Positions 19,434 to 29,880 of a stretch of 64,000 bases of DNA are shown here, piece after piece (the stretch's first letter is position 1; each line of letters opens with the position of its first letter). The stretch covers positions 64,001 through 128,000 of the forward strand of contig JBNKBE010000005.1 in NCBI GenBank assembly GCA_050287085.1. The letters run 5' to 3'. The position numbers and the translations under genes were made by a program. The notes beneath the pieces were generated by a model. It made no database searches. It saw only the letters and a list, made by a program, of their open reading frames with translations, and was not told the DNA's origin. The DNA comes from Polyangiaceae bacterium (lineage in GTDB: Bacteria > Myxococcota_A > Polyangia > Polyangiales > Polyangiaceae).

Positions 19434-20105
19434 ATGATCTGCGACCGAGAGCGCCTGCGCCAACTGGCTCCCACCGTCCTCCTGCTGGGGGGTGGTCTTC
19501 TGCTCCCTGCGGGCTGCGATGCGGCCAAGAAGACCGACGCCGAGACCGCCCCGATTGCGGCCCCTGAAGCACCCAAAGAGGCGTTGGGAGCGGCAGCCGC
19601 TACGCCCTCCTCCGAACAGCCGACGGCAACCCCCACCGTGGCGCGACGCAAAGCGGAAAATATCGCCGAGTTGGTGCTCAATAGCGGGCGTCGCCGCAAA
19701 CTCGAAGCGGCCTTTCCGGAGGCCCAGGGCTTCCTTGAGGTAGGTAAGCTGGAGGAAGCACTCTACAAGAAGAACATTCCACGGGGCAAGGCAGCGCTTG
19801 CGGTCAAGCGCTTCGATGCGCTAGCCAAGGGTAAGTGGGTCCTATTCGTCGGCAACGTCGGAGAAAAATCAGCTGACGGATTTCAACTCGCTGTTCGCTA
19901 CACCCCGCGCGATCCCAAAGACCCGTTTGGCCTGACGTCAAATTGGTTCCCCATCCATTTCTCCGGAGTCGAAGGGTATGTCCCCTCCGAATATGAGCCG
20001 GGGCAGCCGATCGCCGTTCTGGCTCGCTACGAGGGCAAGCAACAAACGAGCAGCGCGCGCGACGTCGTATTGTTGGGCAGCTGGGACTTTGAGGCCGTCG
20101 AATAG
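19434..20105 (+). CDS. Hypothetical lipoprotein
   Basis: Lipobox LPAGC, an Ala/Pro linker and a globular C-terminal domain; GC-rich third codon positions. Confidence 0.7.
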   Translation: MICDRERLRQLAPTVLLLGGGLLLPAGCDAAKKTDAETAPIAAPEAPKEALGAAAATPSSEQPTATPTVARRKAENIAELVLNSGRRRKLEAAFPEAQGFLEVGKLEEALYKKNIPRGKAALAVKRFDALAKGKWVLFVGNVGEKSADGFQLAVRYTPRDPKDPFGLTSNWFPIHFSGVEGYVPSEYEPGQPIAVLARYEGKQQTSSARDVVLLGSWDFEAVE

Positions 20106-20117
20106 GCTTCTCCCTGC

Positions 20118-20196
20118 GACCCTGGCGATTCAAGCGAAGGGCCCGGCGCAGCCCGGGGACCCCGGCGATTCAACCCGAGGGGCCCGGCGCAGGCCG
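20118..20196. repeat. Imperfect tandem duplication with a 40-bp period between convergent genes
   Basis: GACCCTGGCGATTCAAGCGAAGGGCCCGGCGCAGCCCG starting at 20118 and GACCCCGGCGATTCAACCCGAGGGGCCCGGCGCAGGCCG starting at 20158. Confidence 0.65.
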
Positions 20197-20200
20197 AACT

Positions 20201-21004
20201 CTAGCGACGACGGCGGTGGTAGAACGCGAGACCCACAAGCCCGAGCAACATCCAAACACCCGAAGCTCGCGTGCTCCCGCCAACCGCGCGACAACCACAT
20301 GCGCCGGGCTTGTCCTGTAAATGCGCTGGCGGCGGCAGAGACTCATCTTCTTCGGGCTCGGTTGGGCCGCTTGCCCAATAGTCCTCGGACTTGGGATCCG
20401 GCGCGGACCCCTCCTCTTCAGCTTCCGACCGGCCTTCAGGCTGTTTCTCGGGCTGGGCTTTCTTCTTATTCTCAGAAAACACCATGGAGCGACGATCAAC
20501 AGGCTCGTTCTCCCCGTTGAGCGTCAGCTTGGTCGGAGCTCCTATCTTGCGCCCCGATCGCTTGTTGAAGACGGTAACCGTGTATTCCCCCGCAAAGAAC
20601 TCTCGCTCGCGAGTCAGCTCAAAAGTGAAGCGCGTACGCGAAGCAGTCTTGCCCGAAGCGGGATCTGTGAACCCCACCTCGACCGACTCGACCAGGGGTG
20701 ACTTGTTCTCGACCGGTGCTCGGCGCATCACTGGCTCGTCGTGTCCGTCCACGAGATCGCGCTCGTAAATGACCGTCGGCACGAACTCGAAACGCATCGG
20801 AACGTGAGCCACTGCGGGAGGCTTCGACATGTGAAACTCGAGGTCCACGCGCCAAGTTTCAGCTCGCTCCTCCAGCGTGGTGCGGCGCCACTTGATCGAG
20901 TCGGCCAGAGCGGTCGAAGCCACCAGTAGCGCGGCGACCAAGGCCAGCAGACCCGAGAGACGCGGCCAGAGCGGCGAAACACGTGTTGAATGGAATCCGT
21001 TCAT
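20201..21004 (-). CDS. Secreted protein with a MYXO-CTERM sorting signal
   Basis: GGAGG RBS, signal peptide ending ALA, and C-terminal GACGCRAVGG + hydrophobic helix + HRRRR. Confidence 0.82.
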   Translation of the reverse strand: MNGFHSTRVSPLWPRLSGLLALVAALLVASTALADSIKWRRTTLEERAETWRVDLEFHMSKPPAVAHVPMRFEFVPTVIYERDLVDGHDEPVMRRAPVENKSPLVESVEVGFTDPASGKTASRTRFTFELTREREFFAGEYTVTVFNKRSGRKIGAPTKLTLNGENEPVDRRSMVFSENKKKAQPEKQPEGRSEAEEEGSAPDPKSEDYWASGPTEPEEDESLPPPAHLQDKPGACGCRAVGGSTRASGVWMLLGLVGLAFYHRRRR

Positions 21005-21323
21005 TGATCCTCCAGAGGGGCTGCAACCTACACAAAAGGGCAAACGCGCGCGCCCGATTTTTGGGTGTTGGTCGGGTCTCGAGCCTCCTTGGTGCGCCGG
21101 CTGATGTTGCTGCTATCGGTCCGTCCGCAGCTCTTGCACGCTCCAGTTTTGTTGCGACTTCCGGTTTGCATGGGGAGCGGATCTGGAGCGAGCCAGCCCG
21201 GACCTGCGGCGCGACTGATGGGGCGCCCGCGCGCCGCACGCCAGCTCCGGAGCAGTGCCGACAAGAGCAGAAATTCAAGTCTAGGAAGTCGCGCCGGGCA
21301 GTACTACGACCCGAATACTCAAC

Positions 21324-22865
21324 ATGGCCAAGCCCAAGAATGCGATCCAGCCCTCCCGAAGTGAGAACTACCCCGAGTGGTACCAGCAGGTCATCGCCGC
21401 AGCCGATCTCGCGGAGGCGTCCGGGGTACGCGGCTGTATGGTGATCAAGCCCTGGGGGCTGTCCATCTGGGAGAACATCAAGCAGCACCTGGATTTGCGC
21501 TTCAAGGAGACGGGGCACAAGAACGCTTACTTCCCTCTGCTCATTCCGCTCTCCTACCTGAGCCGGGAGGCCGAACACGTCGAGGGGTTCGCGAAAGAAT
21601 GCGCCGTCATCACCCATCATCGCCTGGAAACAAGCGCAGACGGGACTCTCGTGCCCGCCGGCCCCCTCGAAGAGCCGCTCATCGTGCGCCCCACCAGCGA
21701 AACGATCATCGGAGAGAGCTTCTCTCGCTGGGTCGAGTCCCATCGCGATCTGCCTTTGCTCATCAACCAATGGGCGAACGTGTTGCGCTGGGAAATGCGT
21801 ACGCGAATGTTCCTGCGCACATCCGAATTCCTCTGGCAAGAAGGGCACACCGCGCACGCGTCCAAGGAGGAAGCGCTTGAGGAGGCTCAGCGGATGCACG
21901 CAGTCTACGCGACCTTCGCTGAATCCCAGCTCGCCATGCCAGTCATCAAGGGACGCAAGACCGTCGCGGAGCGTTTCCCTGGAGCCGACGAAACCTATAC
22001 CATCGAAGCAATGATGCAAGACCGCAAGGCACTGCAGTCTGGCACGTCGCACTTCCTGGGACAGAACTTCGCCAAGTCGAATAACATTCGCTTCACGGAC
22101 AAAGACGATCAGCTCAAGTACGCATACACGACGTCGTGGGGAGTCTCGACGCGCCTGATCGGAGGCCTGATCATGACTCATAGCGACGACGACGGCCTCA
22201 TCTGCCCCCCAGCCGTCGCGCCTGCGCATGTCGTGATACTGCCGATTACGTTTAAGGCAGACGACCCAGAACAGATCGAGCGATATTGTCAAACGCTTGC
22301 CGAGGAGCTTCGCAAACAACAATTCAACGGCCGCCCGCTGGAGGTCGAGATCGACAAGCGCGACATGGGCGGCGGGGAGAAGCTCTGGAGTTGGATCAAG
22401 CGAGGCGTGCCGTTGCGCGTAGAAGTGGGTCCCCGCGACGTTCAGGCGGACTCTGTCTTCGTTGGACGCCGCGACCAGCCTCATAAAGACAAGCGGAGCA
22501 TCAAGCGAGAAGAGTTCATCGCAACGGTGAGTGACGTGTTGCAGGCGATGCAAGACGGCCTTCTATCCAAGGCTCTGGCCTTTCGAGCGGAGCACACGCG
22601 GGTCATCAACGCGAAAGACAAGTTCATCAAGTTCTTCACGCCCCAGGCGGAGGCCCAAGGTGGCCCTACCCCCATCCACGGGGGTTTCGCGCTGGCCCAT
22701 TTCTGCGGCGATCCGGAGCTGGAAGAAAGCATCAAGAAAGAATATGGCGTGACCGTGCGGTGCATTCCAGATGCCGGGCAACTGGAAGGCACGCACGAAC
22801 CCGGCAAGTGCATCTTCACCGGCAAACCAAGCGCCGTGCGTCATCTGTTCGCCAAAGCCTATTAG
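21324..22865 (+). CDS. proS: Proline--tRNA ligase (archaeal/eukaryote-type, no INS editing domain)
   Basis: VRGCMVIKPWG, RPTSET, QWANVLRWE, FLRTSEFLWQEGHT, QSGTSHFLGQNF, SWGVSTRLIG and C-terminal AKAY. Confidence 0.97.
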   Translation: MAKPKNAIQPSRSENYPEWYQQVIAAADLAEASGVRGCMVIKPWGLSIWENIKQHLDLRFKETGHKNAYFPLLIPLSYLSREAEHVEGFAKECAVITHHRLETSADGTLVPAGPLEEPLIVRPTSETIIGESFSRWVESHRDLPLLINQWANVLRWEMRTRMFLRTSEFLWQEGHTAHASKEEALEEAQRMHAVYATFAESQLAMPVIKGRKTVAERFPGADETYTIEAMMQDRKALQSGTSHFLGQNFAKSNNIRFTDKDDQLKYAYTTSWGVSTRLIGGLIMTHSDDDGLICPPAVAPAHVVILPITFKADDPEQIERYCQTLAEELRKQQFNGRPLEVEIDKRDMGGGEKLWSWIKRGVPLRVEVGPRDVQADSVFVGRRDQPHKDKRSIKREEFIATVSDVLQAMQDGLLSKALAFRAEHTRVINAKDKFIKFFTPQAEAQGGPTPIHGGFALAHFCGDPELEESIKKEYGVTVRCIPDAGQLEGTHEPGKCIFTGKPSAVRHLFAKAY

Positions 22866-22887
22866 GGCGTGGAGCGCCAAGGTCTAC

Positions 22888-25800
22888 GTGTTTGTCCCAG
22901 GCGTATATCTTCACCTGAGCCACGAGACCGAACGGCTCGTTGACAGCCTCAGCCGTGAGCTCGACACCCCCTGTGGCTCACCTCTGACGCCCGAAACAAT
23001 ACTCGTTCAGGGCCCGGGCATGGCGACCTGGCTCAGCATGCGCCTAGCCCGGAAGCGCGGCATCTGCGCGCATATGGACTACGTCTATCCACGAGCCTTC
23101 GTGTGGCGTGCTTTCTCTGCGGTGCTTGGCTCCGAAAGCATCGAAGAAGCCGCGGTAGATGAAGACCGCCTGTTTTGGCTTATCTTGGCAGAACTACCCG
23201 CATTGCTCGAACACCCGAGCTTTGCCGCGGTGAAGCGCTATGTGCGACGAGACGCTGAGGGCTTGCGGCTGTTCCAATTTGCGGAGCGCACGGCCCAGGT
23301 TTTTGACCAATACCTCATCTATCGGCCAGCGCTCATTCGCATCTGGGAAACAGGGCACGACGATGGGGCTGAAGCACACCCCTGGCAACCGCACCTATGG
23401 CGCGCGCTTAGGAAACACATTCGCGGCCACATTGCGGCTCTGGAACATCGCTTCCTCAGCGTTCTGAGAACCGACTCTGGAGCGGCCGCGGGCGCGGCCC
23501 TCCCGGAACGCATCGCGCTCTTCGCTACTACGAGCCTTCCTCCTCTATTCCTGCGGGTCATTGTCGCTTTGGCTCGCCACCGGGCCCTCCACTTCTACGC
23601 CTTCGAGCTAGATCAACAGACGGCATCGAGCGACGGCTTGAGCTCAGCTCTAGGTCAGCAAGGTCGTGACTTTCGTGCCATGCTCCTGGACGCGGTCAGC
23701 GAGTCCGAAGTTCTACTGCACAACGACGAGAACTTCACACAGCCCCCTCCGCATCAGGCCGCACAAGCGCCACCGAAGGCTCCGCACGGGTCGCTGTTGG
23801 CGGCACTCCAGGGCTCCGACGCTTTCGGCTTGGTTGAACAAGCCTCGCGAAGTCAGCGGCGTGCGCCGCGGCGAGCCAACCCCAGACAGCTGAATCTCTT
23901 TGGTGCGGCGCCCGAGGGCGCGCCGCCAGAGAGGCTTGAAAGCTCCGCGCTCCAGCGCCCACGCTTGGCTCCGAGCGATAGGTCCGTGCAGCTACATGCC
24001 TGTCATGGCGCCATGCGAGAGGTCGAAGTCCTCCGCGATCAGTTGCTCGCGTTGTTCGACCAAGATCCAACTCTGCGAGCACACGATGTCATCGTGATGA
24101 CCCCCGACGTCGATGCCTATGCGCCTTTCGTGGAGGCCGTGTTTGGTGCGAGCGCCGAAGACCGCGACTTCATCCCATATCGCATCAGCGACCGCGGAGC
24201 GCGAAGCGATAGCCCGGTGCTGGAATCGCTAGCCCGCATATTCGCCCTCGTCAATACACGGCTCAGCGCGCCTGCTGTGCTCGACCTGCTCACTCTGGCT
24301 CCCATTCAACAACGCTTCGAACTCGACGCCGGGCACCTCGGACTGCTCAGTCAGTGGGTATCGGAAAGCGGTGTCCGCTGGGGCGCCAGCGCCCAACACC
24401 GACAGGAGCACGGTCAGCCCGCAACCGAGTACAATACCTGGCAGCATGGCCTCGATCGTCTGCTGCTTGGATTCGCCTGGCCGGGACAAGGCCTGACGGA
24501 GCTAGACCAAGTTGTTCCCTATGACGAAATCGAGGGACATCATGCTGAGCTGCTTGGCCGCTTCGCTCAGCTGATCGCAACGCTATTTCACCACCTGGAG
24601 ATACTGCGCGGCCAGCACACCCTGCCCCAGTGGAGAGACGAGCTTGGCGAGTTACTCGAAGCGTTGATCGTCAAGAATCGAGATACGGAGCCGGAGCACC
24701 AGAGAGTGTCCGAGGCTCTCGCGGATCTGTGTGCGGCGGCAGAACGCGCGCACTTCCTCGGCACGTTGGATCTCCGGGGGGTGCAGCAACTCGTCGAGCG
24801 CCGGCTCGACCGCGAGGTCCCCGAGCGCGGGTTTCTCCAGAACGGGGTAACGTTCTGCGCGATGTTGCCTATGCGAACGGTGCCCTTTCGCGTGGTGTGC
24901 TTGCTTGGCATGAATGATGGTGCGTTTCCGCGCGGTCACGCTACCGTGGACTTCGACCTGGTCGCCAACGATCCCAACGGACCCAAGCTCGGCGATCGCG
25001 ATCGCCGAAGAGATGACCGTCAGCTCTTCCTAGAGGCACTTTTCGCGGCCCGCTCGCATCTGCTCATCACCTACACAGGACAGAGCATCCGCGACAACGC
25101 GAAACGTCCGCCATCAGTGGTGGTGAGCGAGCTCATCGATGCGGTCGCATGCTACCGAGATCCGGCGACCACACCCAGCAACGAGTCCGAACGCCTGCAG
25201 TTGATCACGCGCGAGCTTACTGTCTACCACCCGCTCCAAGCTTTCAGTCCACGCTACTTTGATGGCCACGACTCGCGCCTATTCAGCTATCGCTCCACCT
25301 TCGCAGAGGCCGCTGGGCTGTTGCGTGCTCGGAAAGAAGATCCCCGTCCACTCTTTCCGAGCGCCGACGCGCTGCCACCACTTCAGCCTGAAACACTGGT
25401 CGCGCTCGACGACCTCTTGGACTTCTGGCGCGCTCCGGCGCGTTCACTCTTGCGCAATCGTCTCAAACTCTCGCTCTCGGAAGAAGAGGCGCCCCTCGCG
25501 GATCGCGAACCCTTGGAGCCCAGTCCTCTCGAACGATATGCTGTCGGGGAGCGTGCACTTGCGCACGTGCTAGCCGGAGTGTCCGTTGAACACGGGGTAA
25601 CGCTCCTGCGCTCCGAAGGACGCCTCCCCCCTGGTGAATCCGGACGACTGTATTACGCAGAGCGCCGGCAATTCGTCCGCGGCCTCGCGCAAGCCGCGGA
25701 CAAACTTCGAGGGCAGCTTCCAGAGAAACACATTTCTTGTCTAGTCGACCTGAGCAGCAACCGAACCCTAGCTGGCACCGTGGACCAGGTGTTCGGCTCG

Positions 25801-26274
25801 AAACGGATCCGCCTTCAGACCGCCAACTTGAGTGGCAAGCACCTTCTATCCTTGTGGATCTCCCACTTGCTTCTCGCGAGTGCCGTTCCTGACTTGCAGA
25901 GCTTCTTGATTTCGCGAAAGACCAATCGCGTTAGCGTCTTTTCGCTTCGCTTCCCAAGCCAGTACGATAGCCACTTGCTGGAGCTCGTGAAACTGCGCGA
26001 TCTTGGTCTACAGGCGCCACTGCGCTTTCAAGTAGACGCCAGCTACGAGTACGCAACCGAGCGATGGCAAAACGGACTGAGCTCAGAAGAGGCTATCCAA
26101 AAGGTCGCAAAGAGCTATGGCTCACGCCTAATTGTGCGCCCAGCAGACGCACGCTTGTTATTGCCGGAGCCTCCCTTCCTAGAAACGGCCACCGTCGGTC
26201 CTGCTTTTGAGGAGTTGGCTGAACGCGTTTTTCGCCCGCTACTCGAACACGGGACGGAGGAGGAAGTGCTTTGA
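22888..26274 (+). CDS. recC: Exodeoxyribonuclease V gamma subunit
   Basis: ILVQGPGMATWL, FDQYLIYRP, LHACHGAMREVEVLRD, VMTPD...YAP, VTFCAMLPMRTVPFRVVCLLGMNDG, PLQAFSPRYF. Start taken as GTG 22888 (uncertain). Confidence 0.93.
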   Translation: MFVPGVYLHLSHETERLVDSLSRELDTPCGSPLTPETILVQGPGMATWLSMRLARKRGICAHMDYVYPRAFVWRAFSAVLGSESIEEAAVDEDRLFWLILAELPALLEHPSFAAVKRYVRRDAEGLRLFQFAERTAQVFDQYLIYRPALIRIWETGHDDGAEAHPWQPHLWRALRKHIRGHIAALEHRFLSVLRTDSGAAAGAALPERIALFATTSLPPLFLRVIVALARHRALHFYAFELDQQTASSDGLSSALGQQGRDFRAMLLDAVSESEVLLHNDENFTQPPPHQAAQAPPKAPHGSLLAALQGSDAFGLVEQASRSQRRAPRRANPRQLNLFGAAPEGAPPERLESSALQRPRLAPSDRSVQLHACHGAMREVEVLRDQLLALFDQDPTLRAHDVIVMTPDVDAYAPFVEAVFGASAEDRDFIPYRISDRGARSDSPVLESLARIFALVNTRLSAPAVLDLLTLAPIQQRFELDAGHLGLLSQWVSESGVRWGASAQHRQEHGQPATEYNTWQHGLDRLLLGFAWPGQGLTELDQVVPYDEIEGHHAELLGRFAQLIATLFHHLEILRGQHTLPQWRDELGELLEALIVKNRDTEPEHQRVSEALADLCAAAERAHFLGTLDLRGVQQLVERRLDREVPERGFLQNGVTFCAMLPMRTVPFRVVCLLGMNDGAFPRGHATVDFDLVANDPNGPKLGDRDRRRDDRQLFLEALFAARSHLLITYTGQSIRDNAKRPPSVVVSELIDAVACYRDPATTPSNESERLQLITRELTVYHPLQAFSPRYFDGHDSRLFSYRSTFAEAAGLLRARKEDPRPLFPSADALPPLQPETLVALDDLLDFWRAPARSLLRNRLKLSLSEEEAPLADREPLEPSPLERYAVGERALAHVLAGVSVEHGVTLLRSEGRLPPGESGRLYYAERRQFVRGLAQAADKLRGQLPEKHISCLVDLSSNRTLAGTVDQVFGSKRIRLQTANLSGKHLLSLWISHLLLASAVPDLQSFLISRKTNRVSVFSLRFPSQYDSHLLELVKLRDLGLQAPLRFQVDASYEYATERWQNGLSSEEAIQKVAKSYGSRLIVRPADARLLLPEPPFLETATVGPAFEELAERVFRPLLEHGTEEEVL

Positions 26275-29200
26275 CGGCACACGCGGATTTCGATGCGCTG
26301 CGGATACCGCTCAAAGGTTGCGCTTTGGTCGATGCAAGCGCTGGTACCGGAAAGACGTACGCGATTACGACACTGGTCGTAAGACTGCTCGTCGAGAACG
26401 AGCTGACCGTCGACCGCATACTCATTGTGACGTTCACGGAAGCCGCGACAGGAGAGCTGCGCGGCCGCGTACGAGAACGCATTCGCTCCGCGGTGGAAGC
26501 GTTTGCCCCCGCCCCCACAAACTCTGGAGACGACGCCCTCGACGCCTACGTGCTGGAATACGAACGCCGCTTCGGCACAGAGGCGCGGAGGCGCGCGGAA
26601 CTGCGGCTACGCGACGCCCTAGCCAGCATTGACCAGGCTGCTATCTCGACCATCCACGGCTTTTGCTACCAGGTCTTGCGCCGCGCCGCTTTCGTCACCG
26701 GCATTCCTTTTGACTGCGAAATCGCGCAGACCGACCGCGCCGAGCTACGCCAACTGGTCGACGACTTGTGGAGCGAAACGTTGTTTCAAGCTTCGCCTGG
26801 CGAAGCGGAACGGTTGTTTGGCAAGAGTGACCCGCGACGGGCCTTGCAGCGCCTCATCGACCAACTCAACAAGAACCCAGAGCTCCTTCTCGTGCCTGAT
26901 GCGCCCACGCGCCCCGAGCACATGGCGCCAATACGAGAGGCCTACTACGCCACGCGGGCGCTCTGGAACGGCCCCCGCATCCTTGAGCTCCTTCAGCGGG
27001 ACGCTCGCCCACGCGAGAACGACAAGCGTCAACGGCTGTGGCAAAGCGTCTCGGACTACTTGGCCCCAAGCGAGCCCCAATCTGAGAGCTTCACAAAGAA
27101 GACCCCGCAAAAGAATCTGCGCGCCGTCGTCAAACAGATTTCGCCCCAGGCTCACGACGATTCTGCCGTCGAGAGTTGGTGTTCTGCTGCGTCGGAGTTG
27201 GCGCGCCGCCTCGAGGGCTATTCACAAGAAACCAGCGACCTGCTCTTAGCTATCAAGCACGAGGCCGCCAAACGGGCCCTCGCGCCGCGGCCTGCGACCT
27301 CGGCCCAAACGCTGACCTTTGACGCCCTGCTTCAGACGCTACGCGACGCCCTATTCGGCCCCGGCGGAGATGCTCTCACCGCGGTGCTTCAAGCCGAGTT
27401 TGGCGCCGCTCTGGTGGACGAGTTTCAGGACACCGATCCCACCCAATTTTCCATCTTCCAACGCGCCTTCGGCTCGGGACGGATGCCCTTCTTCCTGATT
27501 GGTGACCCCAAGCAAGCGATCTACGCGTTCCGAGGAGCGGATGTATTTGCCTATCTGAAGGCTGCCCGAGACCTAGAGGGCGAACGCTACACCATGACCA
27601 CCAACTGGCGCTCCGACCCCGCGCTAGTTAACGCCGTTAACATCGTCTTTTCACACCGGGAAGAGGCTCGGGCTCCCTTTGTCATTCCGCAGATTCAATA
27701 CCCGAAAGTGCAGCCGCGACCTGGCGCCCTCGATCAGTTCGTCGGCGGCGAGAGCGTCGGGAACGCTGCCTTTGACGTATTGTTGCTGCGCTCCCAGGGA
27801 CGCCTCCCCCGAGAGCTCAAGACGCCAGCCCTGAGCGCAAGAGCGACGGAGGCCACCGCCGCAGACATAGCCCGACTGCTCAGCAGTCCCGTCAGGATCG
27901 CAGGCCAGATCGTGCGCCCGGAACAGATCGCGGTCTTGGCGCGCACCAATCAGCAATGCTTCGACCTGCAGCTACAACTACGAAAACGGGGTGTCCCCTC
28001 GGTGGTGATGGGCGACAAGAACGTCTTCGAGACCCATGAGGCCGACGAACTCCTGACGCTATTTGATGCGCTGCTCGAGCCCACCCATGGCACCTACCTA
28101 CGGCGGGCGCTCGCAACCGACCTGCTTGGATTTGACGCCTCCCAGCTGGCAGCGCTCGAGGAGCACTCGGACGACTGGGAAGTATGGGTCGATCGCTTTC
28201 GGCGCCTTCACGTCCTGTGGGCGAGTAGGGGGTTTGTGCAGATGTTCCGGCAGCTCATGGCGGAGACGCAAATCGCGCCCCGCCTGCTGCGCCTGCTCGA
28301 CGGCGAACGACGCATGACCAATCTGTTGCACCTGACGGAGCTACTATTCGTGGCGGCCCGAAGCGCTCACCTTGGGCCAGCCGCGCTCGCCTTCTGGCTC
28401 CGCGACGAGCGCTTCAACATCCGTGAAGGCCGAGATACGAGCAGCGAGCAGATTGAGCTTCGCTTGGAAAGCGACGACGCGGCCGTCAAGCTCACCACGA
28501 TTCACAAGTCCAAAGGACTCGAGTTTGACGTCGTCTATTGCCCCTACCTGTGGGACGGCAAACTGCTGCACAGAGGCGAGACAAGCCAGCCCAAGTTTCA
28601 CGACGAAGAGGGGCGAGCGTGCATCGACCTGGGTTCCGACCAGATGGAGCCCCACAAGAACCTGGCGAAACACGAGGCGCTCGCGGAGAACCTTCGACTG
28701 CTCTACGTGGCGCTGACGCGCGCACGGCACCGTTGTACCGTCTGCTGGGCTCCCGCAGAAAGTGCCGATACGAGTGCGCTCGCCTACCTGCTCGGGCTCG
28801 ATCAGCCACTGGACTCCGGCGCAGAAGACTGTCACGTCGCGTGCTGGAATGCACTTGCGGCGACCAGCCGGGGAGCCATCGGAACCCGTGACGCCCTGTC
28901 CGAGGACGACGACGCTCGGTACGCTTTCGAGGACCAAGACAAGACTACGGGACCGGCTCGAACACTTCGAGAAGCGCTGAGCGCCTGGTGGCGCACCACG
29001 AGCTTCACGGCGCTAACCCGTCACGACGAGGCCCATTGGGGTTCGCTGCGGCGCCGCCCCGAGCGCGACCTTGACAACACAAGCAACGCCGCCGCTGCAG
29101 ACCCAGAGAAGGACTCCGCGGTCGCCCCTGCCATCACCCTTCAGGCCTTCCCCCGCGGCGCTGCAGCCGGCACCTGCTACCATGACCTGTTGGAACAAAT

Positions 29201-29873
29201 CGACTTTGATGAGGCGACTCAATGGGAGACCCAAGTGGCGCTCCAGCTACAGCGCCACGGCTTTCAGGAAGACTTGGCGCCAGCACTCCTGCTCTCGCTC
29301 CAGGAGATCACCGGTACCCCGCTTCGAGACGATGGTACCTTGCGGCTTTGTGACCTTCCGCGCGCAAATACGGTGCGCGAGCTGGAGTTTCATTTACCGC
29401 TTGCGGACTCAGGGGGCCTGTCCGCACTCGAACTCAGCCGAGCGCTGGGCAGCGCCCCGAGCGCAGGTCTGCCGGACGACTACCCCCAAGCCGTCGCCCA
29501 GCTCGGTTTCGAGCAGCTCCACGGCTTTCTCAAAGGTTATGTCGACCTGATCTTTGAACACGACGAGCGCTTTTATGTCGTGGACTACAAGACCAATCAT
29601 CTGGGTGAGCTGCGCAGTCAGTATGACCCAAGTGCTATGCAGCAGGTGATGTGTGAGTCTCACTACCATCTCCAATATCACCTATACGTCTTAGCACTGC
29701 ATCGACACCTTCAAAGGCGCATCAAGGACTACGACTACGAGCGCCACTTTGGTGGCGTCTACTATCTGTTCCTCAAGGGCATGCACCCCGAAGATGAACA
29801 GTCGGGCATCTTCTTCGACCGTCCGCCAGCGCGTCGCATGACAGCGCTCGACGCCCTCTTTCTCGCGGTATAG
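26271..29873 (+). CDS. recB: Exodeoxyribonuclease V beta subunit
   Basis: ASAGTGKT, DEFQD, GDPKQAIYAFRGAD, TIHKSKGLE, YVALTRA. Nuclease domain GYVDL..VVDYKTN..LQYHLY. Confidence 0.95.
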   Translation: MTAHADFDALRIPLKGCALVDASAGTGKTYAITTLVVRLLVENELTVDRILIVTFTEAATGELRGRVRERIRSAVEAFAPAPTNSGDDALDAYVLEYERRFGTEARRRAELRLRDALASIDQAAISTIHGFCYQVLRRAAFVTGIPFDCEIAQTDRAELRQLVDDLWSETLFQASPGEAERLFGKSDPRRALQRLIDQLNKNPELLLVPDAPTRPEHMAPIREAYYATRALWNGPRILELLQRDARPRENDKRQRLWQSVSDYLAPSEPQSESFTKKTPQKNLRAVVKQISPQAHDDSAVESWCSAASELARRLEGYSQETSDLLLAIKHEAAKRALAPRPATSAQTLTFDALLQTLRDALFGPGGDALTAVLQAEFGAALVDEFQDTDPTQFSIFQRAFGSGRMPFFLIGDPKQAIYAFRGADVFAYLKAARDLEGERYTMTTNWRSDPALVNAVNIVFSHREEARAPFVIPQIQYPKVQPRPGALDQFVGGESVGNAAFDVLLLRSQGRLPRELKTPALSARATEATAADIARLLSSPVRIAGQIVRPEQIAVLARTNQQCFDLQLQLRKRGVPSVVMGDKNVFETHEADELLTLFDALLEPTHGTYLRRALATDLLGFDASQLAALEEHSDDWEVWVDRFRRLHVLWASRGFVQMFRQLMAETQIAPRLLRLLDGERRMTNLLHLTELLFVAARSAHLGPAALAFWLRDERFNIREGRDTSSEQIELRLESDDAAVKLTTIHKSKGLEFDVVYCPYLWDGKLLHRGETSQPKFHDEEGRACIDLGSDQMEPHKNLAKHEALAENLRLLYVALTRARHRCTVCWAPAESADTSALAYLLGLDQPLDSGAEDCHVACWNALAATSRGAIGTRDALSEDDDARYAFEDQDKTTGPARTLREALSAWWRTTSFTALTRHDEAHWGSLRRRPERDLDNTSNAAAADPEKDSAVAPAITLQAFPRGAAAGTCYHDLLEQIDFDEATQWETQVALQLQRHGFQEDLAPALLLSLQEITGTPLRDDGTLRLCDLPRANTVRELEFHLPLADSGGLSALELSRALGSAPSAGLPDDYPQAVAQLGFEQLHGFLKGYVDLIFEHDERFYVVDYKTNHLGELRSQYDPSAMQQVMCESHYHLQYHLYVLALHRHLQRRIKDYDYERHFGGVYYLFLKGMHPEDEQSGIFFDRPPARRMTALDALFLAV

Positions 29874-29880
29874 GAGCCTC

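Noticed and set aside
20859..22553. 564-aa antisense ORF, and similar shadow ORFs such as 4263..5171 and 16046..17179
   Set aside because: They overlap well-supported genes (proS, the kinase, the GT-C protein) and show no motifs; such ORFs are expected in high-GC DNA.
21324..22865. Archaeal/eukaryote-type ProRS as a sign of unusual transfer
   Set aside because: This ProRS type is well known in many bacterial lineages, and its base composition matches the neighbours.
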